Below are positions 26,247 to 41,135 of a stretch of DNA of 64,000 nucleotides, in pieces (the first letter of the stretch is position 1; each line of letters begins with the position of its first letter). This stretch comes from Eledone cirrhosa (lineage: Eukaryota). The stretch covers positions 29,450,001-29,514,000 of the forward strand of contig OZ024759.1 in NCBI GenBank assembly GCA_964016885.1, written 5' to 3'. The translations under genes and the position numbers were made by a program. The notes below the pieces were generated by a model. The model made no database searches. It saw only the letters and a program-made list of their open reading frames with translations, and had not been told where the DNA came from.

Positions 26247-27112
26247 AAGCCCTTCTAAATTAAATATTAAGATAGTTGAAAGACCAGGTGTTCCCATAAA
26301 AGCCTTAATTAGAAAAACATTTGTTTAAAAAACCCTGCACTGATACGAAATGCATAGTCTGCAAATTAAGCCCACAAACTAACTGCAAAACTAGGAATGT
26401 AGTATATATCATAAGATGTACTGAGGGACAGTGTAGGAATAAGAAACAACATACATAGGTGAGACTGCCCTTAGCATAGGAGAACGAATAAATGCGCACT
26501 GGCAAGAACTCCAAGATGGGAAAAAATTCTCAGTACTCCACCAACATGCCAAAATAGAACATAAAGGGATACTAAAAACATAGAGATGATACTTATATAC
26601 AAACACAGAAAAGATGCAATGCTCAGACAAATCACAGAAGCGACCAACATAAACAAACATTAACCAAAATTAAACAGAAAATATGAGTGAAATAAGCAAC
26701 AACATCACAACTAGTAATTAAGGACAATATAAAGACATACAGACAGACATGAACTAAATTAATTAAAGACAAAATGAAGACATACAGAGATAAAACACGC
26801 AACCAACTAGTGAAAAGTAAATAAACATATAAATAAATGAATAAACACACACACACTTGGATGTAACACATGCGCAAACTAAGTGCACAACACACAAAAA
26901 AAAGATGGTGTAGGACAGAACAAAGGATAGTCACAAAGTAAGAAATAAGTCACTGAAGAGGTCACAGAATGTGTGACAAAAGAGCTTGGACAATAATTAA
27001 ACAATCATCCGGTTATTGAACCAACCAACTGGAAATTTATAATAAATATGTGAAAACCAATTGGTGTGTGTGTGTTTTATTGGCAACATGACCCTCCCAA
27101 AGTATAACAATA
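26247..27112 (+). mobile_element. Penelope-like element 3' remnant (GIY-YIG + 3' pLTR with HHR)
   Basis: PCTDTKCIVCKLSPQTNCKTRNVVYIIRCTEGQC..(frameshift)YIGETALSIGERINAH..SVLHQHA. An HHR-like motif lies at 26949-26991, followed by AATAAA and a (TG)/(TA) tract. Confidence 0.8.
26949..26991 (+). ncRNA. Degenerate hammerhead motif (G12->A)
   Basis: GUCA CUGAAGA G GUCACA GAAUG UGUGAC AAAA GAGC UU GGAC. Confidence 0.5.
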
Positions 27113-27164
<52 letters not shown>

Positions 27165-27617
27165 GATCTATTCATATACATATATATGTATATACATATA
27201 TATGTATATACATATATACTTATATGTATATATACACATATATGTATGTATATATACGTAGATATATATGCATGCATATATATACATAGATATATATACA
27301 TGCATATATATATACATAGATATATATGCATGCATATATATACAAAGATATATATGCATGTACATATATATATACATAGATATATATGCATATGCATATA
27401 TATATATATATATATACACACACATAGATATATATTCATATATGTACATAGATATATATTCATATATGTACATATATACAATATATATATATGTACATAT
27501 ATATATATTCACATATATATATATATGTATATAGATATATATTCACATATATATATATGTATATATATATGTACATAGATATATATTCATATATATATAT
27601 ATGTACATAGATATATA

Positions 27618-27728
<111 letters not shown>

Positions 27729-27730
27729 TC

Positions 27731-27762
<32 letters not shown>

Positions 27763-27989
27763 TCATATATATATGTATGTATATATATATATTCATATAT
27801 ATATGTATGTATATATATATATTCATATATATATGTATGTATATATATATGTATATATATATGTATATATATATGTATATATATATATGTATATATATAT
27901 GTATATATATATGTATATATATATGTATATATGTATATATATATGTATATATGTATGTATATATATATGTATGTATATATATATGTATG

Positions 27990-28054
<65 letters not shown>

Positions 28055-28201
28055 GTATATATATATGTATATATATATGTATATATATATGTATATATAT
28101 ATATATATATATGTACATATATACACATGTATACATTTCATATATATATATATATGAAATATATACATGTGTATATATGTACATAGATATATATTCATAT
28201 A

Positions 28202-28245
<44 letters not shown>

Positions 28246-28442
28246 CATACATAGATATATATGAATAATATACATCTGTATATATGTATGTATTATACAT
28301 ATATGTATGTATATCATACATTAAAGTCGACCATAAAATCCCAGTAGGCTATCTAACTGGTAATATCAACATGAACACAACCATATTAACTTGTGTGTGT
28401 GTGTGTGTTTGTGTGTGTGAGTGTGTGTGTTTGTGTGTGTGA

Positions 28443-28473
<31 letters not shown>

Positions 28474-28519
28474 AGTGTATGTTTCTTTGTGTAACTTCAT
28501 CTTTTTTCTCACTGCCCCC

Positions 28520-29085
28520 ACCAACTCCACAACAACCACCACCACCACCACCACTACCACCTCTAAACCACAACTACCACTACCACCCCCACCAGACATA
28601 CACCTACCCTGACTGTCAGATCCAAATCTACAATATACTACACCACTGTTACAAGATAAACGCACCGTCTCCACCCTCACCTAACACTGTCACGCCCTCA
28701 CCCCACTACCAGCATCATCATCACCATCACCAACAACAACAACAATGCCACCGCCACCGACATCATCACCACCTCCAAGAACAACACAACCACCACCACC
28801 ACCACCACCACCACCACCACCACCACCAAGAACACCACCACCACCACCAGCATCATCACCACCAAGAACAACACAACCACCACCACCACCACCACCACCA
28901 CCAAGAACACCACAACCACCACCACCATCATCACCACCAAGAACAACACAACCACCACCACCACCAAGAACACCACAACCACCACCACCATGAACAACAC
29001 AACCACCACCACCATCACCACCACAACCACCACCACCATCATCACCACCAAGAACACCACAACCACCACCACCACCACCACCACC
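28520..29085. repeat. (CAC/CAA/CAT)n compound trinucleotide repeat
   Basis: Directly visible, with a higher-order unit caccaccaagaacac(c)acaac. Confidence 0.85.
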
Positions 29086-29226
29086 ATCTCTATTATTAAC
29101 ACCCGGCTTATCTTTTATCATCATCACTGAAAAGAGGGGGTGGAGAGAGAGAGAGGGAGAGGGAGAGAGAGAGAGAGAGAGTCAGATAGATACACTGAGA
29201 GTGAGAAACAGACTAACTGAGATAGA

Positions 29227-29302
<76 letters not shown>

Positions 29303-29385
29303 GAGAACTTAATATTCTGGTAGTCAGAACCTCTTCCAACCCCCAGCAATCTGTCATGTATACACAGGAATATAAACACATACAA

Positions 29386-29429
<44 letters not shown>

Positions 29430-29875
29430 ATATATATATATATGTATATATATATATTTATGTATATATATATATATATGTATGTATATATATTTATGTA
29501 TATATATATATGTATGTATATATATATATATATATAATGTATATATATATATTTATGTATATATGTATATATATATATATATACATTATATATATATATA
29601 CATTATATATATATATACATTATATATATATATATATACATTATATATATATATATGTATCATCATCATCATCATCATCATCAACGTTTAACGTCCGTGT
29701 GCCACGCTTGCATGGGTTTGGACGGGGGTAGTCCCACTTGAGGCAAGAGTGATTGTCTTGCTCGCATAGGACTGTCTGGCAGGTTTTCTACAGTTGGATG
29801 CCCTTCCTAACACCAACCACGTTTACAGTGTGGAACTGGGAGGTTTTTACCGTGTTGCCTATGTATATGTATATA

Positions 29876-29911
<36 letters not shown>

Positions 29912-30063
29912 TATATATATATATATTTATCCTTATCGCGCCCTCTTTGGATTTTAGTCTTCAAATTTATTATTATTACTATGTATATATATATATATCA
30001 TCATCATCACCGTTTTATGTCCGTTCTTCCACGCTAATGTTGTTTATATATATAATGTATATA

Positions 30064-30114
<51 letters not shown>

Positions 30115-30128
30115 GTATATATATATAC

Positions 30129-30185
<57 letters not shown>

Positions 30186-30241
30186 TAATGCATATATATA
30201 TATATATAATTTTATATATATATAATGTATATATATATATG

Positions 30242-30272
<31 letters not shown>

Positions 30273-30354
30273 GTATATATATATATGTATGTATGTATAT
30301 ATATATATATATATATATGTATATGTGTGTATATGTGTATATATATACACATTA

Positions 30355-30389
<35 letters not shown>

Positions 30390-30580
30390 GTATATGTATA
30401 TATATATATAATGTATATATACACATATACACACATACACATATATATATGTATATATATTTGTGTGTGTGTGTGTATGTATATACATGTGTGTGTGTGT
30501 ATGCGCGTGTGTGTATATATATATGTATATGTGTTGTTATTTCTCTGTGTATGTGTACATACATACATATATATATACAC

Positions 30581-30613
<33 letters not shown>

Positions 30614-30687
30614 CATACACATACACATATATATACACATACACATATATATATATTACATATACATACACGCACAAACATATATAT

Positions 30688-30935
30688 AATTCTGATGAGC
30701 TTTCTCCTTTGTTCTCTTGTCACCATGAGTTTAAACACAGCACCAGATAGCCAGTTAGCTCTTATCTCTTCACAGTTGAAACTCCTAATTGTAATCACAA
30801 ATTCTATTATGATAATTACCTTGGGCGTACCGTCCTACAGAATTCTCTTCCAGCTTCTTGCTTTCCTGACCACATACAAGGTGTACTTACATCTACATCT
30901 TCTTGAAGATGTAATTATACCTGCAAAAAATTAAA
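30688..30935 (+). pseudogene. Jockey/CR1-group LINE C-terminal remnant
   Basis: [43 protein letters not shown] resembles the conserved 'RT..LWNSLP...FP' end. Confidence 0.5.
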
Positions 30936-31193
30936 AGTGGGCATCAATTGTCACCCTCTTTCTCTCTCTGTATGTGTCTCTCTCTCTCCCCCTCTCTCTC
31001 TTTCTCTCTCTTTCTCCTTGAATTATGTTTTCTCTCTCAATAAAAAATTACACAAACACACACACACATATATATATATATATATCATCATCATCATCAT
31101 CAACGTTTAACGTCCGTGTTCCACGCTTGCATGGGTTTGGACGGGGGTAGTCCCACTTGAGGCAAGAGTGATTGTCTTGCTCGCATAGGACTG

Positions 31194-31228
<35 letters not shown>

Positions 31229-31404
31229 TTGTATATATATATATATAATATATACACACATGTATATATTATATGCATATATCTGTATGTATATATACAT
31301 GTATGTATGTGTGTATATGTGTGCATGAATGTATATATATATGTGTGCGTATATATATATATACACATAATATATATATATATGAGTGTGTATATATATA
31401 TATA

Positions 31405-31454
<50 letters not shown>

Positions 31455-31623
31455 ATATATATATATATGTATATATATATATTTATATAACTGTTTCTAC
31501 GTTAGGCACAAGGCCAGCAATTACCCAGTGTATTACTGGTACTTTATTTTATCGACCCCGTAAGGATGAAAGGCAAAGTTAACCTCGGCGGGATTTGAAC
31601 TCAGAATGGCAAGGGCCGTAAAT

Positions 31624-31661
<38 letters not shown>

Positions 31662-31763
31662 GTGTATATATCTGTATGCATATATACATGTATGTATGTA
31701 CATGTGTGCATGAATGTGTATATATATGTATATATATACATACATTCATACACGCACGCGCGC

Positions 31764-31812
<49 letters not shown>

Positions 31813-32297
31813 TGCACACACAGACAGGCACACACAGACAGGCACACATGTTTATACTGAGGTTTTCAGAGCCAGCAATAAATAAATAAATGCAATATAA
31901 AAAAAATATATATAATAAAATAAAAAAAAAAAGATAGAAACATAAATAAAGGAATGATAACAACAACAACAACAACAACAATAATGATAATAATAACAAC
32001 ACTAACAACAACAACAACAACAACGAAAATAATAAAAATAAAGAAATAACAAATAGTAAAGTAAACTAAACTAAAAGAAAGTAGAAGAAAAAATAAAGTA
32101 AAAAAAAAAATAAACGAAACGAAAAAAAAAAAATCTAAAGAACAACAACATATAAAATATATAAAAAGAAAAGAAAAGGAAAGGAGAGAAAAGACAATTT
32201 ACTTCTTCTTTGCTTGGCTTCTTCTTCGTTGAAGAAGTGGAAAAGTTGTTGGTAAGAAGTGGCGGTTAAGAAGAAGGGGGAAGGTAGTAAAATACAT

Positions 32298-33456
32298 ATG
32301 TTGGTGTCAATCGTTTATGATTCCATTGAATTGCCTCAGCAGACGATCAGCGGGTCACACTGCTGCTGTCCTCCATCATATCGTCGTCTGTTTAGTTTGG
32401 TCTTCTTGCTGATCTTTGGTGGTGGCTTCTGTTTGGAGACTTACACTCAGGTTGTTTTGTCTACACCACCACCACCACCACCACCATCAACAACACCATC
32501 AACATCAACAACAACACCATCACCACCACCACCATCATCAACAGCATCAACATCAACAACACCACCACCATCATCATCATCATCGACAACACTACCATCA
32601 ACACCATCAACACTGGTGCCACCATCACTACAGCAGCAACAACAACAACAACAACAAGAGCAGCAACTGAAGAATTATCATCATCATCGACATCATCGTC
32701 ATCATCATCATCATCAGCAACTAGAGCAACAACAACAACTGTTGCTGCTGCAACAACAAACTCAATACCGCTATCACCTCCGACACCACCAACACCACCA
32801 ACACCACCACCGACGACGAGTACAACTACAACTTCACCGCCACCGCCGACACAGAGTTGGATTAGCCACCACCACCACCACCACCACCAACAACAACAAC
32901 AGCAACAGCAACAAGAACAACACGTTTGTGGCTGCTGGGAAGGCAGTGGCTCAGGGACAAGACAATCACCACCACCACCACCACCACCACCACTTTCCTA
33001 TCACCACCACCACCACTACCAAAACCACAAATGATGATAACAACAACAACAACAACAACAACAACAAGACAACCACCACCACTGCACTTGTTTCCAGTGT
33101 CGAGAATTCAGGAGCAGATCTGTTGTTGTTGTCACCATCGTTACCGTCTTCGAAATTGTCACACGAACGTGAAACAACCGGCCTGATAGTGTTACCGCCA
33201 CCGCTACTACCACCACCACCACCACCACCACCGTCGCCGCCATCTTCACCAACTCAGTCACCACTGTCACCAACATCGCCGCCACCGTTGTCGTCTCTGT
33301 GGAAGACGACAACGAGGTTTACGAATGGCAGACGGAAAAAACCGGCGAGAGTGATTTTGTTGACAAGGTTCGAGGTCGAGTCTCAAAGACTGGAAGACAG
33401 AAACCAGGGAAATCCCCAGCAAATCTACGGAAAACTACAACAACACCGCCGCCATT

Positions 33457-33502
<46 letters not shown>

Positions 33503-33653
33503 CAACAACAACAAAATCGATAATGATAACAATTCCCCTTATCATCTCCTTCCACCAACTTTGTCCCGGAACAGACGCCAAGCAGGAATATATCTAGGTA
33601 GCCGCAGAGGATTTACGACACAGAAACCACCGTCATCAGCATCATCTTCTCTG

Positions 33654-33686
<33 letters not shown>

Positions 33687-33965
33687 CCGTTATCATCATC
33701 ATCATCATCATCATTATTCTTACCACAATTGTCTCTGCCGTCGGCGTCATTAGTAACGCCGTCCAGGTCACCACCGTCGCACTCCCCATCTTACCTATCC
33801 CTCAAGCCGTCACCACTGCAGCTTCGCCGATTAGAAGCCGGTATATTCTCTGAAGGTTTGGAACAACAACATGGCCTCCACCGTCACCACCACCACCAAC
33901 AACAACAACAACAACAACAGTCGAACAATGGTCAAAGCAGTAAGAAGAAAAACAGGAGATATCCG
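32298..33965 (+). CDS. Probable first coding exon of a host gene: hydrophobic N-terminal segment plus very low-complexity (polyP/S/T/Q/H/N) region
   Basis: A 1668-bp stop-free frame in which all repeats are trinucleotide and are interspersed with unique CpG-rich sequence. ATG at 32298; LFSLVFLLIFGGGFCL; RNRR site; strong phase-0 donor CCG|GTGAGT at 33965/33966. Confidence 0.6.
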
Positions 33966-33985
33966 GTGAGTTTATCTTATTCAAT

Positions 33986-34036
<51 letters not shown>

Positions 34037-34049
34037 TACATATACGTGT

Positions 34050-34540
34050 TATCCTCAAAAAAATTTGTTTCCACTCCTTCCTCTTAATCTCTAGATTCTA
34101 TTTCATCTTTTACTTCTGATGAAGGACTAGAGTCTGAAACGTTAAGACTCTTTTTCTACTATATCAAGCGTTAAATTAATATATTTCTTCATTGTACTGG
34201 ATTGTTTGCTTTGTTATTTCTGTTTACTTTTTACACACACACACAAACGCATATATATGGTTGACTAAACAACAACAAAACATGTTTTCTCGCTTCTCTA
34301 ACTCTAGCCATTTCTCTATTCCTCCACTAGTTGTTTTTTACTCTTGTTGGTCTTCTTTCTTTTTGCCCCCATCGAACATTTTCTCTTCTCTCTCTTTTTT
34401 AAAAACTTTCGATGAAAGAATAGCGTCTGAAATGTTAAAACACTTTTGGAACTATATCAAACGTTAAACTAATATACCATTATTGTATCATTGTATTGTA
34501 TTGCTCTCCTTTGTTGTCTTTCCTTGCTGGCTTTTCTTAA
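34050..34540 (+). mobile_element. Tandem Penelope-like pLTR units with minimal HHR motifs (34116, 34409); third copy ~51890-52045
   Basis: CUGAUGA AGGAC UAGA GUCU GAAACGUU AAG; at 51928 CUGAUGA AGGAC UAAU GUCC GAAACGUU AAG; shared downstream tat.tcaagc.ttaa..taatat. Confidence 0.65.
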
Positions 34541-34798
34541 ACATACACACACACTTACACACACATTTGCTGGATTCAGTCAGTAGATATCAGCCATGTT
34601 GGGAGACTGTCATAAAGAGATTTTAGTCGTTCATACCAACTCCAGTATGTATCTTTTCAAGCCTGGTACTTTATCCACCGCATTTTGTTGGACAGCTAGT
34701 CACAGGTTGTGCGTTTGTTTGTGTATTGTGCGTTTGTTTGTGTATGTGTGTGTGTATAACTGAAAAAATCGTCAAGGTTCAATACATTAATACATTAT

Positions 34799-35459
34799 TT
34801 AACCTTTTAGCATTTAAACTGGCCATATCCAGCCAGGATTCTCTCACCTCTTTCTGTTCAAACTGGCTATAACCAGCTGCTCATAATTATGTTAACCCTT
34901 TAGCCTTTACATTACTCTATATATACTATTGTATTTTTGAGGTAAAGGCTTTATCTCACATAATTATTTCACACAATATCGAATTTATGAGATTTCGATA
35001 TTATTTATTTTGAGAGCAATACCTTAACATCAGTATGAGTGGCCAGTTTGAACAGAAAGAGGTGAGAAGATTCTGGCTGGACATGGCCAGAATTCTCTTA
35101 CCTCTTTCTGCTCAAACCTGCCATAACCAGCTGCTCATACTGATGTTAAGGTATTGTTCTCAAAATAAATAATATCAAAATCTCATAGATTCAATATTAT
35201 GAGATAATTATGTGAAGTTAAGCCTTTACTGTGAAAATGCAATAGTAAATATAGAGTAATGTAAATGTTAAAGGGTTAATGTAATTATGAGCAAGCGGTT
35301 ATAGCCAGTTTAAAAGCTAAGGGGTTATGGTATTGTTCTCAAAATAAATAATATCAAAATCTCATAGATTCGATATTATGAGATAATTATGTGAGATAAG
35401 CCTCTATATAAACATACAATAGTTTATATAGAGTAATGTAAATGTTAAAAGGTTAATTA
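34799..35459. mobile_element. Cluster of piggyBac-type MITE pieces in both orientations (another at 56997-57195)
   Basis: Ends TTAA|CCCTTTAGC and TAAAGGG|TTAA; internal segments repeated and inverted. Confidence 0.6.
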
Positions 35460-35800
35460 ATTTACATATGTTCCATTCAACTATAAAGGAGGGAGCATTT
35501 AATTCCTTTGTGGATAAATCTTAATCTTCTGAATCGTTATATAATAATATAGAAATGATATTTATTTACTAATCCCATCTAAATGCCTTATACAGTTATA
35601 TAACCAACCTTATATAATAATTTACCTTACATATATATATATACACATGTATGTATGTTATGTTATGTTTGTATGTATGTAATGTATGTATGTATATGTA
35701 TATATATATGTGTATGTATGTATATATATATATGGGAATGTATGTATGTATATATATATATATATATATGCATATATGTATGTATATATATATACATGCA

Positions 35801-35837
<37 letters not shown>

Positions 35838-35914
35838 GCATATATGTATGTATGTATCTATATGTATGTATGTATATATATGTATGTATGCATGTATATA
35901 TACATATATATATG

Positions 35915-35969
<55 letters not shown>

Positions 35970-35993
35970 ATATATGTGTATATATATGTATGC

Positions 35994-36024
<31 letters not shown>

Positions 36025-36025
36025 C

Positions 36026-36097
<72 letters not shown>

Positions 36098-36278
36098 TGC
36101 TTCGTCTGGGCCTCCTGACACTGGTGGTGGGCCAAGAAAGGGACCTGCTAAACATAGTGCCAATGCTTGGTAATGTCAATGAAGAGAGGGGTGGTTGTAT
36201 TAAACCGGGTGTCAAATATTGTCTGCCATGGACTCGCATGTGTATATGTATGTATGTGTTTATGGCTATATATGTGTG

Positions 36279-36309
<31 letters not shown>

Positions 36310-36310
36310 G

Positions 36311-36414
36311 AAATGTATGACCCCGACGGCAGAGCTCAAGCCGTTTCGATGGCTATTTCTGGTCCAGAAATAGCCGTCGAAACGGCTTGAGCTCTGCCGT
36401 CGGGGTCATACATT
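36311..36414. repeat. Near-perfect 104-bp palindrome containing an HHR-like 3' half
   Basis: aaatgtatgaccccgacggcagagctcaagccgtttcgatggctatttctgg / ccagaaatagccgtcgaaacggcttgagctctgccgtcggggtcatacattt. Confidence 0.85.
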
Positions 36415-36501
36415 TTCCTATTACCCACTCTACTAACCTAAGTATTGAGTACTCTGGTGCGTTATGGTCCATCTGTTTCCTTACCACACTTCCTTCGTTA
36501 T

Positions 36502-36537
<36 letters not shown>

Positions 36538-36626
36538 GTGTGGTTGTGTGTCTTTGTGTGTGTGTGTGTATATATACATATATATATATATATATGTATG
36601 TGTGTTTGTGTGTGTCTTTGTGTGTG

Positions 36627-36666
<40 letters not shown>

Positions 36667-36686
36667 AGTGTGTGTGTGTGTGTATA

Positions 36687-36720
<34 letters not shown>

Positions 36721-38044
36721 CACACTTATATATATATGTGCCTGTACAAATACACATGTATATAGATAACCACTGGCAAACATACACATAGCCGATATGT
36801 AACATAATCACACTTCTATATATACACATGCACTCTCACACATATACAGTGCACACATACACACAGCTACTGCTCACAAAAACCTCACATGCACATAGAC
36901 ACTACACGATGGCGTTCACAGATACACACATGCACACATATGCACATACACTACATGAAGCCAATCATAAACACACACTCAAAAAGATGCATGCAAACAC
37001 ACACACATACATACACCATGCCACTCAAACACGTTTACATACCGACACACACACGCACATACATTCATCTATTTCACACACACACACACAGCTGCCACAG
37101 TACTACTCACAATCATACATAACATCTCACTACTCACAGACATACACATGTATACACATACACACATACGTACACACACATGCACATATACGTACACACA
37201 CATGCACACATACATACACACACATACGTACACACACATGCACATATACGTACACACACATGCACATATACGTACACACACATGCACACAGACCACACAA
37301 CTCACAAATGTATACATAACCATACACGCCCATTCCCAAATTCAGTCATAACTTGCTTCAGTATTTGTTTCAAATTTTACACACACATATATAAACACAC
37401 ACACACACATATATATAAACACACATGTATATTTATAACCAAACCAACTCACACACACGCATATATATATATATATAAACATTCACACACACACATATAT
37501 ATATATCTAAAAACACACACACTTATATATATAAACACATACACTCACATATACATATATATACAAATGCACATGTATATATATAAACACTCACATATAT
37601 ATAAACACACACACATATATTTAAACACACACACATATATATAAACACACATAAACACACACAAACACACACATACAAACATATACAGGCGTTAACACAA
37701 TCACATAAACACCTTCCCCATATACATATATAAATGTATAAATGTATATATTCCCCATATAATTATATAAATGTATATATATTTACTTACTTACTTTTTC
37801 GTGTTAACAACTCGGATTTCAAACTGAGATTCGTTGTTCAATTAGAAATTGTATCCTATCAGAATATTTTATGTGATTCTTTCTCTTTTCTTATTTATTT
37901 ACTTATTTATTTATTTATTTGTTTATTTATTTATTTGTTTATTTATTTATTTATTTATTTACCCTTCGAATGAAAGACTCGTAACTCCGCTTTCAAACAA
38001 AGTTGCTTTTATGCTACAACAATGTTTATTTAATGTGATATATA

Positions 38045-39065
38045 AAGAACACCCAGTCCACCCTGATAAATGGTCGTATTGGTGACATGACAGATCACAC
38101 CCAGTCCACCCTGTAAAATGGTCGTGTTGGTGATATGACAGAAAGCACCCAGTCCACCCTGTAGAATGGTTGTATTGGTGACATGATTAAAAGCACCCAG
38201 TCCACTCTGTAAGGTGATTGTGTTGGTGACATGATTAAAAGTACCCAGTCCACCCTGTAAGGTGATTGTGTTGGTGATATGATTAAAAGCACCCAGTCCA
38301 CTCTGTAAGGTGATTGTGTTGGTGACATGATTAAAAGTACCCAGTCCACTCTGTAAGGTGATTGTGTTGGTGACATGATTAAAAGTACCCAGTCCACTCT
38401 GTAAGGTGATTGTGTTGGTGACATGATTAAAAGCACCCAGTCCACTCTGTAAGGTGATTGTGTTGGTGATATGATTAAAAGCACCCAGTCCACTCTGTAA
38501 GGTGATTGTGTTGGTGATATGATAAAAAGTACCCAGTCCACTCTGTAAGGTGATTGTGTTGGTGATATGATAAAAAGCACCCAGTCCACTCTGTAAGGTG
38601 ATTGTGTTGGTGATATGATAAAAAGCACCCTGTCCACTCTGTAAAATGGTCATATTGGTGACACGACAAAAAGCACCCAGTCCACTCTGTAAGGTGATTG
38701 TGTTGGTGATATGATAAAAAGTACCCAGTCCACTCTGTAAGGTGATTGTGTTGGTGATATGATAAAAAGCACCCTGTCCACTCTGTAAAATGGTCATATT
38801 GGTGACACGACAAAAATCACCCAGTCCACACTGTAAGGTAATTGTGTTGGTGACACAACAAAAGCACCCAGTCCACCCTGTAAAATGGCGGTGTTGGTGA
38901 TATGATAGAAAGTACCCAGTCCACACTGTAAGGTAATTGTGTTGGTGACACAACAAAAGCACCCAGTCCACCCTGTAAAATGGCGGTGTTGGTGATTTGA
39001 TAGAAAGTACCCAGTCCACACTGTAAGGTGATTGTGTTTGAGACTTGACAAAAAGCACCCAGTCA
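38045..39065. repeat. 48-bp minisatellite, ~21 copies
   Basis: Unit aaaagcacccagtccactctgtaaggtgattgtgttggtgacatgatt; 16-aa periodicity in the ORFs. Confidence 0.92.
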
Positions 39066-39217
39066 TGGAATGACCAAATGAGGTTTATTTTTCAAGATAG
39101 TCCCTAGAAACCCCCTACTCTGTCCAAAAAACAATGCAGTTATAAATAAGAAGAGTTTGAATTAATCCATGCAAGATTCCACAGCTCTAGCATCACTCTT
39201 TCATAATTTATAGTCAG

Positions 39218-39262
39218 TTTATGAGCTTTTCGGCCTACCCTCATATAGACACTTCAGATACC
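39218..39262 (-). ncRNA. Degenerate minimal hammerhead motif
   Basis: UAU CUGAAG U GUCUA UAUGAGGG UAGGC C GAAA AGC UC AUA (A9 missing). Confidence 0.4.
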
Positions 39263-39311
39263 TTAGCTTAAACATTTGTTCTCGTTTGATATAAAAGTAA
39301 ATGTATATAAA

Positions 39312-39663
39312 TCATCATCATCATCATCATCATTTCATTTTACGTCTGCTTTTTCCCTGCTTGCAAGGGTGGGACGGGAACTGTTTATGGCTTGATTTCT
39401 ACAGCTGGATGCCCTTCCTAACACCAACCTCATTTACAGTGAGTGCTGGGTGATTTTTTTTGCCATGGCACCTCCACGACCACTTTGCAGTGGAATGATA
39501 GGGACCCAGTCCCTATCATCTCATTTCTACAGCTGAGTAAACTGGAGCAATGTGAAATAAAGTGTCTTGCTCAAGGAAACAACACATCATCCGGTCTGAG
39601 AATTGAACTCACGACCTTTCGATTGCAAGGCCAATGCTCTAACCACTAAGCCATGTGCCTTCA
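39312..39663 (-). mobile_element. tRNA-derived SINE family B with RTE-derived tail
   Basis: Same as 52764-53094 in reverse; partial copies at 40200-40370, 40812-41095, 50145-50283 and 50578-50884. Confidence 0.8.
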
Positions 39664-39676
39664 TAAATATATATAA

Positions 39677-39722
<46 letters not shown>

Positions 39723-40474
39723 TTGGTTGGCTGTGTAGTTGCTAGTTAAGTTAGGCTTAGTGAGAAGAAGAAGAAAGCAAGAACAGGGGGGGGGGATTTT
39801 CCTCATCAGTTGTCTACTGGGGGTCTCGGATATTTCAACACTTTAAAGACAATATATCTACCCCCAGAACATTCAATAACTGGGTAAGTTATTGGGAAAA
39901 CGGAGGAGGGAGGGAAGGAAAATAGAAGGGAAAAGAGAAAAAGGGAAGAAAAGAGAAAACAGCGAAAAAAACAACAAAACTAAGAAATGTGCAAGCAACT
40001 TAAAGAAAACAAAGACCACAGTGGTGACAGAACTTAAGTTCGAGAGCGTGTGGGCGAACGAAAAGACACGATGTATATGTATATACATATATATATATAT
40101 ATATGTGATCTATGGCGTCACGCAGTAATACAGAAGACCCGATCCGCCACGGGTACAAGCCGAAGCTGAAGCATATAGACAATATGCCCCCACACCCTCC
40201 TACTGCAAGGTGGTCGTGGAGGTGCCACGGCAAAAAAGCACCCAGCCCACACTTTAAAGTGGACATGTGGGCACCACGGCAAAAAACCACCCAGCACTCA
40301 CTGTAAATGAGGTTGGTGTTAGGAAGGGCATCCAGCTGTAGAAATCAAGCCAGAATCAGTTCCCGTATAAGCAAGGTATGGTCAGCCAACCGGACACTGC
40401 CCACAACAGGACAACCCATCTAACCCATGCTAGCGTGGAAGAATGGACGTAAAACGGTGATGATGATGATGATG

Positions 40475-40525
<51 letters not shown>

Positions 40526-40530
40526 GTGTG

Positions 40531-40577
<47 letters not shown>

Positions 40578-40656
40578 CTAGGGAATGTGATGTGCAGTTA
40601 CTGTAGGTTCACCCGAGTGAGCACTCGGTGTGTAGTTTCAACTCTGTCATTACAAC

Positions 40657-40751
40657 AGTAGAGGTCCGACGAGCTTTTGATTCCAGAGTCAGGCTTGATT
40701 GATGCAGATCGAACCTTGAGCTGATCAATAGCAAAACATGTGTCACTACTC
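40657..40751 (+). ncRNA. Degenerate hammerhead motif, same family as 50432-50525
   Basis: GU CCGACGA GCUUUUGAU..AUCAAUAGC AAAA CAUGUG UC AC, then AAUAAA. Confidence 0.5.
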
Positions 40752-41092
40752 AATAAATGTAATGAAGACATAACAAATCATCCTTTTATTATTACCATTA
40801 TCCATGTATATCATCATCATCATTTTACGACTGCTTGTTCCCTGCTTGCAAGGGTGGGACGGGAACTGATTCTGGCTTGATTTCTACAGCTGGATGCCCT
40901 TCCTAACACCAACCTCATTTACAGTGAGTGCTGGGTGGTTTTTTCCATGGCGCCTACACGACCACTTTGCAGTGGAATGATAGGGACCCCAGTCCCTATC
41001 ATCTCATTTCAACAGCTGAGTAAAATGGAGCAATGTGAAATAAAGTGTCTTGCTTAAGGAAACAACACACCACCCGGTTTGAGAATTGAACT

Positions 41093-41135
<43 letters not shown>

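Noticed and set aside
28443-29127. PolyHis/polyPro/polyGly ORFs
   Set aside because: Pure trinucleotide repeat open in most frames; no unique coding sequence or clear splice sites.
30690-30720. CTGATGAG as a hammerhead
   Set aside because: No closing GAAA or stem; better explained as LINE coding remnant (SDEL).
32195-32460. Minus-strand exon ending at a GTAAAT donor near 32202
   Set aside because: The minus frames contain stops upstream; the plus-strand frame explains the region better.
38030-39058. 342-aa repeat protein, or a CRISPR-like array
   Set aside because: Contiguous 48-bp tandem units with no unique spacers and no cas genes; eukaryotic context.
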